A stretch of 64,000 bases of DNA from contig VXNZ01000014.1 in NCBI GenBank assembly GCA_009840355.1, positions 64,567-128,566 of the forward strand, read 5' to 3'. Positions within the stretch are counted from its first letter, which is position 1. Each line of letters opens with the position of its first letter. A model generated the notes under the pieces. That model worked only from the letters and a program-made list of their open reading frames with translations. It ran no database searches and was not told where the DNA came from. This stretch comes from Chloroflexota bacterium. GTDB taxonomy: Bacteria > Chloroflexota > Dehalococcoidia > Lucifugimonadales > JADFKI01. The translations under genes were made by a program, and so were the position numbers. Positions 22,919 to 30,890 of this stretch are shown in pieces.

Positions 22919-24994
22919 TTACTGAGCAGGAACGATGTGCTGCGGCCTGCCCCAGAAGCCGGCGGCTGTGGAGCGGGAACCCCAGGATTCCACTGTCTCA
23001 GGGTTGCCAGCGACTCCGCGCGGCGGCTGAACCATGCCGCTGTAGAGCTGCCAGTAGTAGTAGTAGTCAACCATGTCCTGGTGGAGGTCTTCGCGCGCCT
23101 GCTTGTCCCTCTCGCCATTGATGCCGACATACATGAAGTCAAGGAAGCGGCTCTCGAAGGAGCAACCCCATGCCGGGCGGCTGAAGGAGCTGTCCGCTGG
23201 AGGCGGAGGCCAGTCGAACGGATAATTGGCGGTCTCCACGCTGCAGTTCTTAACAACGGGCCAAGGCTGCGTGCGGTCGCGCATGCGCGGCACTACAACT
23301 GCGCCGTACTCTTCGGTGAGCAGCGTGGTGCTCACGCCGATGTCTTCCCAGCCCGCCGCAACAGCGTCAGCCTGCTCTAGGCAGACATCGCCGGTCTCGC
23401 AGCGGTACTTGTTCAGGCTAATCTCGAATCGTGTGCCGTCTGCGCCTCTTTCGAAGCCGGCAAGGTCAAGGAGACGCTCTGCTTCGTCGTAGTCGGTGGG
23501 GATCTCCCAGGGCCATTCGTAGTCTGCCTCGGCTGCAGGTACATCGTACTCAGGCCAGTCCGTGCCGCTACCCAGCAGGTCGCTGCTGTACTTTTCGTGT
23601 GCGGCGTTAATCATGCCCTGATTGACCGTGCGCTCAGGCTGCCAGCCAGGGAACTTCGGTCCCATCAGCTCGAGGTAGATGGGAGTCCCGAGTCCTGCCT
23701 GAAGGACATCCACGATACCCTGCCGGTCGATTGCCATGGAGAGCGCCCAGCGAACCAGTCGCGCCTGTTCCATGTCGCTCATGCCCGGAGGATTGTTCGT
23801 GTCTTCGTACTGGCAAGCCTTGCCGAGGTCGCACCACGGGTTGCCAAGGTGCGGTAGGTCGGTCTCATAGACCGGGGACAGCCAAGGCTCAAGTGCCTCT
23901 TCGGTCTTCGCGTTCTTGTCTGTCCAGAGGTTGCCGGGCCAGATAACGCTAAGGGTCATCGTGTCTTTGTCTGACATCGTGGGGATAAACTTCAGTCCCT
24001 TTTCCTCTAGCTCGGTGAGCCTGGCGAAGTCAATGGCGGCGAGGTCGATTTCGCCGGTCTCCATCGCAGCCATACGAGAGGTGATTTCGGGCATCTGCCT
24101 TACGACGAACTTGCCGATGTGCGCGGTCTCAATCCAGTGCTCCGCTACTGCGTGGACTTCGCCACGGTCGTTGGGCTTCCACTCACCGATGGTGAACGGG
24201 CCGGAGCCGACCGGCACGAACTGCACCGCAGCTGCGCCCATGCGCTCGTAAGCGTCCTTGCTGTCGAGTCGGACGGTTGTGTCGTTGATGTCGAATTCGC
24301 TAATCGGGATGCCCCAGAAGATGTCGGTTACCATCGGCGCTTCGACGATGTAGTCATCAACGGCGATTGCTTCGCCGAAGGTTGCGCCGAGCTGCGCGCC
24401 AATCGCCGCGCCTAGGCTGGGGTTAACAACGGCGTTCTGGCGGTTCATGTTCCACGCGACGTCCTCAGCGGTGAGTTCACCAAAGTCCTCACCAGCGAAA
24501 GCGTCGGGCGTCTGGAACATAATGCCCTCACGAATGTTGAGCGTGAGCAGGTTGCCGGCGTCATTGATGGTCCACTTCTCCGCCACGAACGGTGAAAGTG
24601 GATCTTCACCGTCATGGACGAGAAGCTGGTCGAAGAAACCCATCTGAATCTCGCCGGGGCTGCCGCCGTAAGTCTGGACCTCAAAGTCGCCGAACTGCTC
24701 GGAGACTTCCGGAATCGCCATCGTAATCGTAACCTCGCCAGCCATTGCGGGCGCGGGCGCGATTGTCGGCGCGGGCGCGGGCGCTGCCGTCGGTGCTGCT
24801 GCTGCTGGCGCTGCTGTCGCCGCAGGTGCTGCTGCCGGTGCTGTCGCCGCAGGTGCTGCTGCCGGTGCTGCCGGCTCCGCCGCCGGTGGCGTTTCAGCGC
24901 CGCCGCACGCGATGAGCGCGAACAGCGCGACTGCCGCAACAGTTAAGACGCCTAAATGCCTCCACTTGCTTACCACAAAAGGTAATCTAACCAT
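22919..24994 (-). CDS. ABC transporter substrate-binding lipoprotein, family 5 (peptide/nickel type)
   Basis: 691 aa. Signal peptide with lipobox (LFALIAC-GG). About 60 aa of Ala/Pro-rich linker. Then a large family-5 SBP-like body. Confidence 0.85.
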   Translation of the reverse strand: MVRLPFVVSKWRHLGVLTVAAVALFALIACGGAETPPAAEPAAPAAAPAATAPAAAPAATAAPAAAAPTAAPAPAPTIAPAPAMAGEVTITMAIPEVSEQFGDFEVQTYGGSPGEIQMGFFDQLLVHDGEDPLSPFVAEKWTINDAGNLLTLNIREGIMFQTPDAFAGEDFGELTAEDVAWNMNRQNAVVNPSLGAAIGAQLGATFGEAIAVDDYIVEAPMVTDIFWGIPISEFDINDTTVRLDSKDAYERMGAAAVQFVPVGSGPFTIGEWKPNDRGEVHAVAEHWIETAHIGKFVVRQMPEITSRMAAMETGEIDLAAIDFARLTELEEKGLKFIPTMSDKDTMTLSVIWPGNLWTDKNAKTEEALEPWLSPVYETDLPHLGNPWCDLGKACQYEDTNNPPGMSDMEQARLVRWALSMAIDRQGIVDVLQAGLGTPIYLELMGPKFPGWQPERTVNQGMINAAHEKYSSDLLGSGTDWPEYDVPAAEADYEWPWEIPTDYDEAERLLDLAGFERGADGTRFEISLNKYRCETGDVCLEQADAVAAGWEDIGVSTTLLTEEYGAVVVPRMRDRTQPWPVVKNCSVETANYPFDWPPPPADSSFSRPAWGCSFESRFLDFMYVGINGERDKQAREDLHQDMVDYYYYWQLYSGMVQPPRGVAGNPETVESWGSRSTAAGFWGRPQHIVPAQ
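24814..24867 (-). repeat. Perfect 27-nt tandem duplication inside the Ala/Pro linker of the binding protein
   Basis: CTGTCGCCGCAGGTGCTGCTGCCGGTG at 24814..24840 is repeated exactly at 24841..24867. It encodes PAAAPAATA twice. Confidence 0.9.
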
Positions 24995-25103
24995 TGTCCC
25001 TCCTTCAGGCTCATTGCCTTCTAGATTTTCTGCTTTTTCTCGTGAAGTCTCATCTACGCGATTAGTCTCGCAGATTACCCAACACTAAAAGGATATGCAA
25101 GCA

Positions 25104-25131
25104 ATAATACTGATTGACACGAAACTGTCAA
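25104..25131 (-). promoter_or_regulatory. Candidate promoter of the ABC importer operon
   Basis: The minus strand reads TTGACA (25131..25126), a 16-nt spacer, then TATTAT (25109..25104), about 110 nt upstream of the SBP start. The -35 box is one arm of the palindrome TTGACA-N6-TGTCAA (25114..25131). Confidence 0.45.
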
Positions 25132-25227
25132 GTCAATTTGGCAATGAATACCAAATTTCACCTTGACAATTTTGCGGACAAAACAGGTGTTTTGCCCATG
25201 TCTTGCCACAATTCCGATGGACTGCTC

Positions 25228-26328
25228 TTATTTCGAGCGGGGCACGATCTGAACGTCACCGTCTTCGGATATGGAACTGACTCTCGATGCGCCGCTGTAG
25301 GCAACTGCTCGTTGCGACACTTCGACGGTTTCGCCCGGCTGCACGATTAGCGCAGTGCCGTTCTCCACGGCGCTCGCGAGTCCGGCGTTGCCATAGCTCG
25401 TGAACGGCTCTAGCCCGATGTTGTAGGTGCGCCCATACCAGGGGTAGCCAAAGCCTCCGCCGAATGAGTGCCAATACCATAGGAACTTGAACACATTCTG
25501 CGGGTAATGGAAGCCAAAGCCTACGCCGGACTTCTGGTTGGTTATGGCGTACCAGCCGTCAGGCATATCGGCGATGTATGACATATCATAAGAGCGAAAA
25601 TCCTTTGGTGGTATCCGGCTAAGGTCTCTGGGGGTGCCATCTCGAAGCTGCGACATTGGCCAAGGCGACTCCAAGCCGGGCATCAGCTTGATGTTCGTAT
25701 GCCAGTCGTCGCCCTCTTCGTTCATAATCAAGCCGCCGGGCAGGTCGATAACGCAGTCTTCGCTGAGGAACGGCGGACCGAGCGCGATATGTTCGCCCCA
25801 GACGCAGGGCACCGGCTCTTCCCCCTCATTGTTGAGACGCGCTTCGATTTCTAGCACCGGTGAATTACCACGCAGCGTCAGCGCCTTCTCGAAGAAGAAC
25901 GGCGTCCGCGCGGCGCGGACCCAGAAGCGCATTGATACGATGTCCGGCTTGTCTTCAATGATCGCCGCGTCCCACGGCACGGTGCTTACTTCGGCGTGCA
26001 AACCGACATCTGCGCCCATATAGCGGCTGGGGAATCCGCCGCCGGGCAGCACAGTCTGCCATCCACCTTCATACACATCCATCCATAGGCTGTCGGGAGC
26101 GCCGGATGTAGGAACACGCGCGTGTGGTGAGCGGACGCCCCATGGTGAGCGCCACATAAAATCGGTGTCCGTCGGCTTATGCACGAACTGGTAAATGTCT
26201 GCACCCTTATCGATGAGCACCACGACTCGCAAAATCTCGTTCTCGATGACGGCGGTCTTCAGTCCACGGAATGTCCAAGCATCGGATACGCGGCAGCCGT
26301 GATTGCGCTCGTGTTGGTATTGGGTCAT
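25228..26328 (-). CDS. Galactose-mutarotase-like (aldose 1-epimerase superfamily, DUF4432-like) protein
   Basis: 366 aa. The N-terminal pattern (…FRGLKTAVIENEILRVVVLIDKGADIYQFVHKPTDTDFMW…) and overall beta-rich composition resemble mutarotase-fold proteins. Family assignment is tentative. Confidence 0.5.
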   Translation of the reverse strand: MTQYQHERNHGCRVSDAWTFRGLKTAVIENEILRVVVLIDKGADIYQFVHKPTDTDFMWRSPWGVRSPHARVPTSGAPDSLWMDVYEGGWQTVLPGGGFPSRYMGADVGLHAEVSTVPWDAAIIEDKPDIVSMRFWVRAARTPFFFEKALTLRGNSPVLEIEARLNNEGEEPVPCVWGEHIALGPPFLSEDCVIDLPGGLIMNEEGDDWHTNIKLMPGLESPWPMSQLRDGTPRDLSRIPPKDFRSYDMSYIADMPDGWYAITNQKSGVGFGFHYPQNVFKFLWYWHSFGGGFGYPWYGRTYNIGLEPFTSYGNAGLASAVENGTALIVQPGETVEVSQRAVAYSGASRVSSISEDGDVQIVPRSK

Positions 26329-26361
26329 GTCGTGCCTCCGATGTGTAGCGTCCGTTTAGCG

Positions 26362-27258
26362 TCAATGCGAATGCGCATCGAGATCGGGGTAATGCAATGG
26401 TAAGCCGGTTGCGTCCGTTTCATACCGCGTGATATGCCAGCGTCCGAGATTGGCGCTTAGCAGAATATCCCGGTTCGCGCCGCAGAATGCGATGTTCGTT
26501 GGCGCTGCGATAATCGTGCCCTCGATGTCGTCAGCGAGTATTTCGAGATTGCCGTCGGCGCTGTGGCGGTAGATGCGATCAGGTCGGTAGCAGGCTATGT
26601 ATAGGTTGCCGTCGGTATCGAATGCCACGCCGTCCGGCACTTTACCCGCGAGTTCAACGACGGTGCGCGCATCGCCGGCTGAGCCGTCCGGCGCAATCGC
26701 GATTTCCGCAACTCGTGGTGGATTCAGGCTCATCGCAACGAACAAGCTTGTGCCGTCCGGTCCAACACAAAGCCCGTTCGGGAACTCGCACAGCGTCCGA
26801 GTCCAGACTTTGGTCTCGCCGGAGGGTCTGACAACGAAAATCTTGCCGTTATCCGCTTTCCAGTCGCCGGAATCGCAGACATACAGATTGCCCTGCGTAT
26901 CGAACGCAGGATAGTTTGGTGTGTAGAACGGTTCGTCGGGAGCGCCTGTGGAATACTTGCTGACATTGCCGTCCGGCGTAATTTTCATTACCGCGCGGTT
27001 GCCGGTGTCGCAGGCGTAGATGTTATGCTGCGCATCTAGCGCGAGTCCGAGGATGAACCCGCCGGTGTCCGCAATCTGCGTCGCCTCTTTGTGCTCGATG
27101 TCTATGCTGTATATCTGACCCGCCTCGCCGCCGGCGTAGCAGTAGCCGTCTAAGCCCCACGCGACGCCTTCCACATGGTCAAGCCCGTCCACCAACACGG
27201 ATACATCGGTGTCATTGTTCAGCAGCGCCATGCCTGTACCTCCAATTGGATTTGCCAT
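26362..27258 (-). CDS. SMP-30/gluconolactonase/LRE-like beta-propeller protein
   Basis: 298 aa. Repeated propeller-blade motifs (GLALDAQHNIYACD, FDTQGNLYVCDSG, VAFDTDGNLYIACY, PNGLCVGPDGTSLFV). Confidence 0.78.
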   Translation of the reverse strand: MANPIGGTGMALLNNDTDVSVLVDGLDHVEGVAWGLDGYCYAGGEAGQIYSIDIEHKEATQIADTGGFILGLALDAQHNIYACDTGNRAVMKITPDGNVSKYSTGAPDEPFYTPNYPAFDTQGNLYVCDSGDWKADNGKIFVVRPSGETKVWTRTLCEFPNGLCVGPDGTSLFVAMSLNPPRVAEIAIAPDGSAGDARTVVELAGKVPDGVAFDTDGNLYIACYRPDRIYRHSADGNLEILADDIEGTIIAAPTNIAFCGANRDILLSANLGRWHITRYETDATGLPLHYPDLDAHSH

Positions 27259-27293
27259 GCCGAAAGGCGGGATGTTTGCGGATATTATTTGGC

Positions 27294-28076
27294 TTAAGGG
27301 GCTTGGTAGAAGCCGGAATTAAGGAAGCCGCCGTCGATGGGGATGCCCACGCCGTTGATGTATCGCGCGCTGTCGCTGCATAGGAACAGCACCAGATCGG
27401 CAACTTCTTCCGGCAACACTTCCCGCCTGATCGGGAATCGCTTAAGCCGTTGTTCGCGTAGTTCAGGCTCCCGTTCATACACCATCTTTGTCATCGGCGT
27501 GAGCGCGACGCCCGGGCAGACCGCGTTGACATTTATGCCGTATTGCGCCCATTCCAGCCCCAGCTGCCCTGCGAAATTTATGAGCGCAGCCTTAGCAGGC
27601 CCGTATGCGCCGCGCTCCGGCACGGGTGACATCGCCGTAACTGACGACATCAGGACTACGCTGCCGCCATCGCCCTGCTCGACCATCTGTCTGCCAGCCT
27701 CACGGCAGAACAGGAACGCGCCGGTCAAGTGCGGTTGCAGTGATAATTGCCACTGGTCGAGCGACATGTCTAGCACCGGCGCCTTGATGTTCGTCCCCGC
27801 ACAATGCACGAGGTAGTCCACGCGCCGTAGCCTATCGACGATTGACTTCACGCAGTCGATAACGGATTGTTCGTCGGTTACTTCGACCTGCAATGACACG
27901 GCTTGACCGCCGTCTGCCGTAATCGCAGATGCAACATTGGCGGCGCTCTCGCCGTTCATGTCTGCGACTACCACCGATGCTTCACGCACGGCAAACTTAC
28001 GGCATATCTCGCTGCCAAGCCCGCCCGCGCCGCCTGTTACGATGGCAACCTTGCCTTCCATGTCCGAGCTATTCAT
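27294..28076 (-). CDS. SDR-family oxidoreductase
   Basis: From ATG 28076 the protein starts MNSSDMEGKVAIVTGGAGGLGSEI (TGxxxGxG). Catalytic YxxxK is in YGPAKAAL. The ORF-track start at 28133 would overlap the upstream SDR. Confidence 0.85.
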   Translation of the reverse strand: MNSSDMEGKVAIVTGGAGGLGSEICRKFAVREASVVVADMNGESAANVASAITADGGQAVSLQVEVTDEQSVIDCVKSIVDRLRRVDYLVHCAGTNIKAPVLDMSLDQWQLSLQPHLTGAFLFCREAGRQMVEQGDGGSVVLMSSVTAMSPVPERGAYGPAKAALINFAGQLGLEWAQYGINVNAVCPGVALTPMTKMVYEREPELREQRLKRFPIRREVLPEEVADLVLFLCSDSARYINGVGIPIDGGFLNSGFYQAP

Positions 28077-28099
28077 GCCCGCCAACCTTCCTGCGTTCG

Positions 28100-28912
28100 T
28101 CAGTCTTGCGCCGCGCCTGCGCCGGACGCCCACGCGCCGAGCGCCATAAATCCGCCGTCCACATTGACATACTCGCCTGTCATGAAACTTGCCTTGTCAC
28201 TGGCGAGAAACAGCACGACATTCGCAACGTCAACGCCCAGCCCAACCCTGCCGATCGGATGCCCTTTGCCCCAGTCCGCAATAATGTTGTCGGTGTCGCC
28301 GCCTTCCAGTCGTGCGACAGTCCGCACCATTTCGGTGTCGATTGTGCCAGGGCAAACTGCGAGCACGCGGACATTTTGCTCAGCGTAGTCGAGCGCCATC
28401 TGCCGTGTCAGCGAGAGCACGCCGCCCTTGCTCGCGGCATACGCTGGCACCAGCCTTTGCGATTGCAAGCCCTGCACGCTCGCAGTGTTGATAATCGCGC
28501 CGCCGCCGCGCTTGCGCATCTCCGGTATGGCGAACTTGGACATCAGGAAGTAGCTCTTCAAGTTGACATTAATAATCCTGTCCCACAGGTCTTCCGGTGT
28601 GTCCTCTACATTCTTGTACGAGTCCGGCGTTTGAATGCCTACATTATTGAATAGCACATCCACGCCGCCAAAAGCTTGCACTGTCTCAGCCACAACCCGG
28701 CTGCATTCCGCGCTCCTAGCGACATCCGCGACTACCAGCAACCCACCCTGCCCGAGCCGGTTGAGTTCGGATTCGACTCTGCGCCCAGCCTCTTCGTTCA
28801 CATCCGCGATCGCAACTTGCGCGCCTTCTTTCGCAAACTCAAGCGCAGTGGCCTTGCCGATGCCGTGCGCGCCGCCGGTGACGATTACGACCTTGTCATC
28901 GAATGTGCCCAT
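28100..28912 (-). CDS. SDR-family oxidoreductase
   Basis: From ATG 28912 the protein starts MGTFDDKVVIVTGGAHGIGKATA. Catalytic YxxxK is in YAASKGGV. Confidence 0.85.
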   Translation of the reverse strand: MGTFDDKVVIVTGGAHGIGKATALEFAKEGAQVAIADVNEEAGRRVESELNRLGQGGLLVVADVARSAECSRVVAETVQAFGGVDVLFNNVGIQTPDSYKNVEDTPEDLWDRIINVNLKSYFLMSKFAIPEMRKRGGGAIINTASVQGLQSQRLVPAYAASKGGVLSLTRQMALDYAEQNVRVLAVCPGTIDTEMVRTVARLEGGDTDNIIADWGKGHPIGRVGLGVDVANVVLFLASDKASFMTGEYVNVDGGFMALGAWASGAGAAQD

Positions 28913-28968
28913 TGCTGCTCCCTTTTGCCGGTATTTCACCGGCGTCTCATTTGTTGGCGGGAAGTCAC

Positions 28969-29898
28969 TTAACGCGCGCAAACCCAGCGAACGCTCTGCT
29001 TGGGCAAATCAAGCGCCTTTTCCGCAACGGTCGCCAGCATTCGCCATGTGGTCTCGTGGTGCGCGGTCGCTTCTACATCGCCGTAGTATGAATCGAGAAG
29101 CACGTAGGTGCAACCCAACTCTTGCAGCAGCTCAAGGTCGGCGCGAATCTGGTCGATTGTGCCTTCGCCGGTTAGACGATCGGCATTGTCCATCGGCGTG
29201 TCGGTAATGCGAAGGCGGATGCGCGGGCAGAGGTCCGGTACATCTTTGCCTTCCTCTTCTGCAAATCTTGTCAGCTTGGGTATGTCTATGTCTGCGAACT
29301 GGTCGTTCGAGATGCGTATCGGATGCCAAGCGTCCCCGTACCTCACTGCGCGACGAATCGCGGCGTCCGATGGACCACCGACCCATATCGGCGGATGCGG
29401 TTCTTGTATTGGCCGCGGAGTCGTGCGAATGTCTTCAAAACTGACGAACTCGCCTTCGAATGACGCTATATCTTGCGTCCACAGCGCTTTTATCGCTTGT
29501 AGATATTCGTCGGTCATCGCGCCGCGCCGGTTGAACGGCACGCCTAGCACATTGAACTCGCCTTCCGCCCAGCCAACTCCAACGCCGAATATGAGCCTGC
29601 CGCCGCTCAGTTGGTCGATGTTCGCACCCGCTTTCGCCGTCTCAAGCGGGTGGCGATACGGCACGATGATGACCGTGCTACCAATCTCCATTTCGGTGAT
29701 TCCGGCAAGCCAGCCCAGCGTGCTCAGCGGTTCGTAGAATGGCTCGGGGTATCGTCCATGCACATCGGGCGTTATGGCAATATGGTCGGATGTCATTACC
29801 AGGTGATAGCCTAGTGTCTCAGAGAGTTCGATCGTCTTGCGAAAGGCTTCAGGGTTTGCGGCAGGTCCAAAGTTGATGAGGTTCACGCCTACTTTCAT
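28969..29898 (-). CDS. Luciferase-like monooxygenase (LLM) class, probable F420-dependent oxidoreductase
   Basis: 309 aa: MKVGVNLINFGPAA...LGYHLVMTSDHIA...GGRLIFGVGVGWAEGEF. This is typical of the LLM/F420-dependent family. Confidence 0.8.
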   Translation of the reverse strand: MKVGVNLINFGPAANPEAFRKTIELSETLGYHLVMTSDHIAITPDVHGRYPEPFYEPLSTLGWLAGITEMEIGSTVIIVPYRHPLETAKAGANIDQLSGGRLIFGVGVGWAEGEFNVLGVPFNRRGAMTDEYLQAIKALWTQDIASFEGEFVSFEDIRTTPRPIQEPHPPIWVGGPSDAAIRRAVRYGDAWHPIRISNDQFADIDIPKLTRFAEEEGKDVPDLCPRIRLRITDTPMDNADRLTGEGTIDQIRADLELLQELGCTYVLLDSYYGDVEATAHHETTWRMLATVAEKALDLPKQSVRWVCAR

Positions 29899-30033
29899 GG
29901 TCTCCTCCGGTTCTACCTTGGAATGGGATGCGCCGCGCTAAAGCGTCAAGGCAGGAAGCCCGAACTCACCGGCGCAGCGAAAAAACAGACCGTGCAACAC
30001 AGAAATGTCGCATCATTCGATACGCAAGAAAAT

Positions 30034-30131
30034 TGGCGGGAGCGAGAGGGAGTCGAACCCACCGTCCCGACCGAAGGGCCGGGACCATCGGATTTGAAGT
30101 CCGTGGAACCCACCGGAGCACATCCGCTCCC
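30034..30131 (-). tRNA. selC: tRNA-Sec (anticodon UCA)
   Basis: 98 nt. The minus strand reads GGGAGCGG-AU-GUGCUC-CGGU-GGGUUC-CACGGA-CUUCAAA-UCCGAU-G-GUCCCGGCC-CUUC-GGUCGGGAC-G-GUGGG-UUCGACU-CCCUC-UCGCUCCC-G-CCA. It has an 8-bp acceptor stem, a 6-bp D stem with a 4-nt loop, a UCA anticodon (plus-strand TGA at 30095..30097), a 22-nt extra arm (9-bp stem), a 5-bp T stem and an encoded CCA. It is colinear, segment by segment, with E. coli tRNA-Sec as I recall it. Irregularities: two mismatches at the base of the anticodon stem, and one U-U in each of the D and T stems. Confidence 0.85.
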
Positions 30132-30161
30132 GCGTTGGTGGTGTTTCTGCTTTGGTGTGCC

Positions 30162-30189
30162 AGTATAACAGAAATGCCGAGCGTGTCAG
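30162..30189 (-). promoter_or_regulatory. Near-consensus extended -10 promoter for selC
   Basis: The minus strand reads CTGACA (30189..30184), a 16-nt spacer ending in TGT, then TATACT (30167..30162). The -10 box ends 31 nt upstream of the mature tRNA 5' end. Confidence 0.5.
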
Positions 30190-30196
30190 GCAGATG

Positions 30197-30805
30197 CTAC
30201 CGTCGGCGTCTGTATTCGATGAAGTCGGTGATGATGGCGTCCACCTCTTCCCACCACAGGCTGCCTAGAATCAGCCCTTTCGGCACATCGAACACCATCC
30301 AGCCTTGCACCTGAAACTCGCGGTCGAGTTCGATGGCACCCCACAGGAACGGCGTGTACAAGTCAGTCTCGGGGTCGGCAGTGTCCACGACGCGCGACGC
30401 CTCGAACGGGTCAACCGCGTTGATGCGCTCGCCGCGCCTGTCGCCGAGCTGCGCTGCGTCTTCGTCGATGAGCAAGGGCGTAACCAGGCTGGTGCGGTTG
30501 ACTAGCGTTATGTCGAGCAGCACCAGCTGACGATTGGACGCTCTAGGGCGTATGACGCGGTACTGTCCGGCACCGTCCGTGAACGCGACCTTATCCACGA
30601 TGAGCGGATGCGTCGTGTGCACTTCGAGGCTCCTGCCACGCGCGGATACCCTCTCCGGCTCATCGCTGCCACAGGACAGCAGTGCGAACGATGTCGCCAA
30701 TAGGAGGAACAGCGCAAGCGGCGACAGGCAGCCGGATATTCCCTTAAACTTACTCGCCTTGAACCAATGTGACTTTTGCGTCAGGTGCGAAATTTGTGCT
30801 TTCAA
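30197..30805 (-). CDS. Lipoprotein, DUF4352-like (tentative)
   Basis: 202 aa. Signal peptide with lipobox (LLLATSFALLS-C-GSD), then a beta-rich domain. The true start may be internal. Confidence 0.55.
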   Translation of the reverse strand: MKAQISHLTQKSHWFKASKFKGISGCLSPLALFLLLATSFALLSCGSDEPERVSARGRSLEVHTTHPLIVDKVAFTDGAGQYRVIRPRASNRQLVLLDITLVNRTSLVTPLLIDEDAAQLGDRRGERINAVDPFEASRVVDTADPETDLYTPFLWGAIELDREFQVQGWMVFDVPKGLILGSLWWEEVDAIITDFIEYRRRR

Positions 30806-30890
30806 TTCTGTCGTCGTGCTTCCTGTTCAATCTGTAATATCAATTCTGAATGCGAACTACGCCAGCGACTGCCAATGCAGCGCTGCGATA

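Noticed and set aside
24445-24946. Arg/Gln/Cys-rich ORFs (24445..24939 minus strand, 24614..24946 plus strand) over the 5' end of the binding-protein gene.
   Set aside because: These are alternative frames of the GC-rich Ala/Pro linker repeat. Their composition is an artefact of translating GCN/CCN repeats out of frame.
29899-30196. selC as an integration site of a genomic island, as in enterobacteria.
   Set aside because: No integrase, no direct repeat of the tRNA 3' end and no compositional break flank the tRNA. The neighbours are a lipoprotein gene and an LLM oxidoreductase gene of normal GC.
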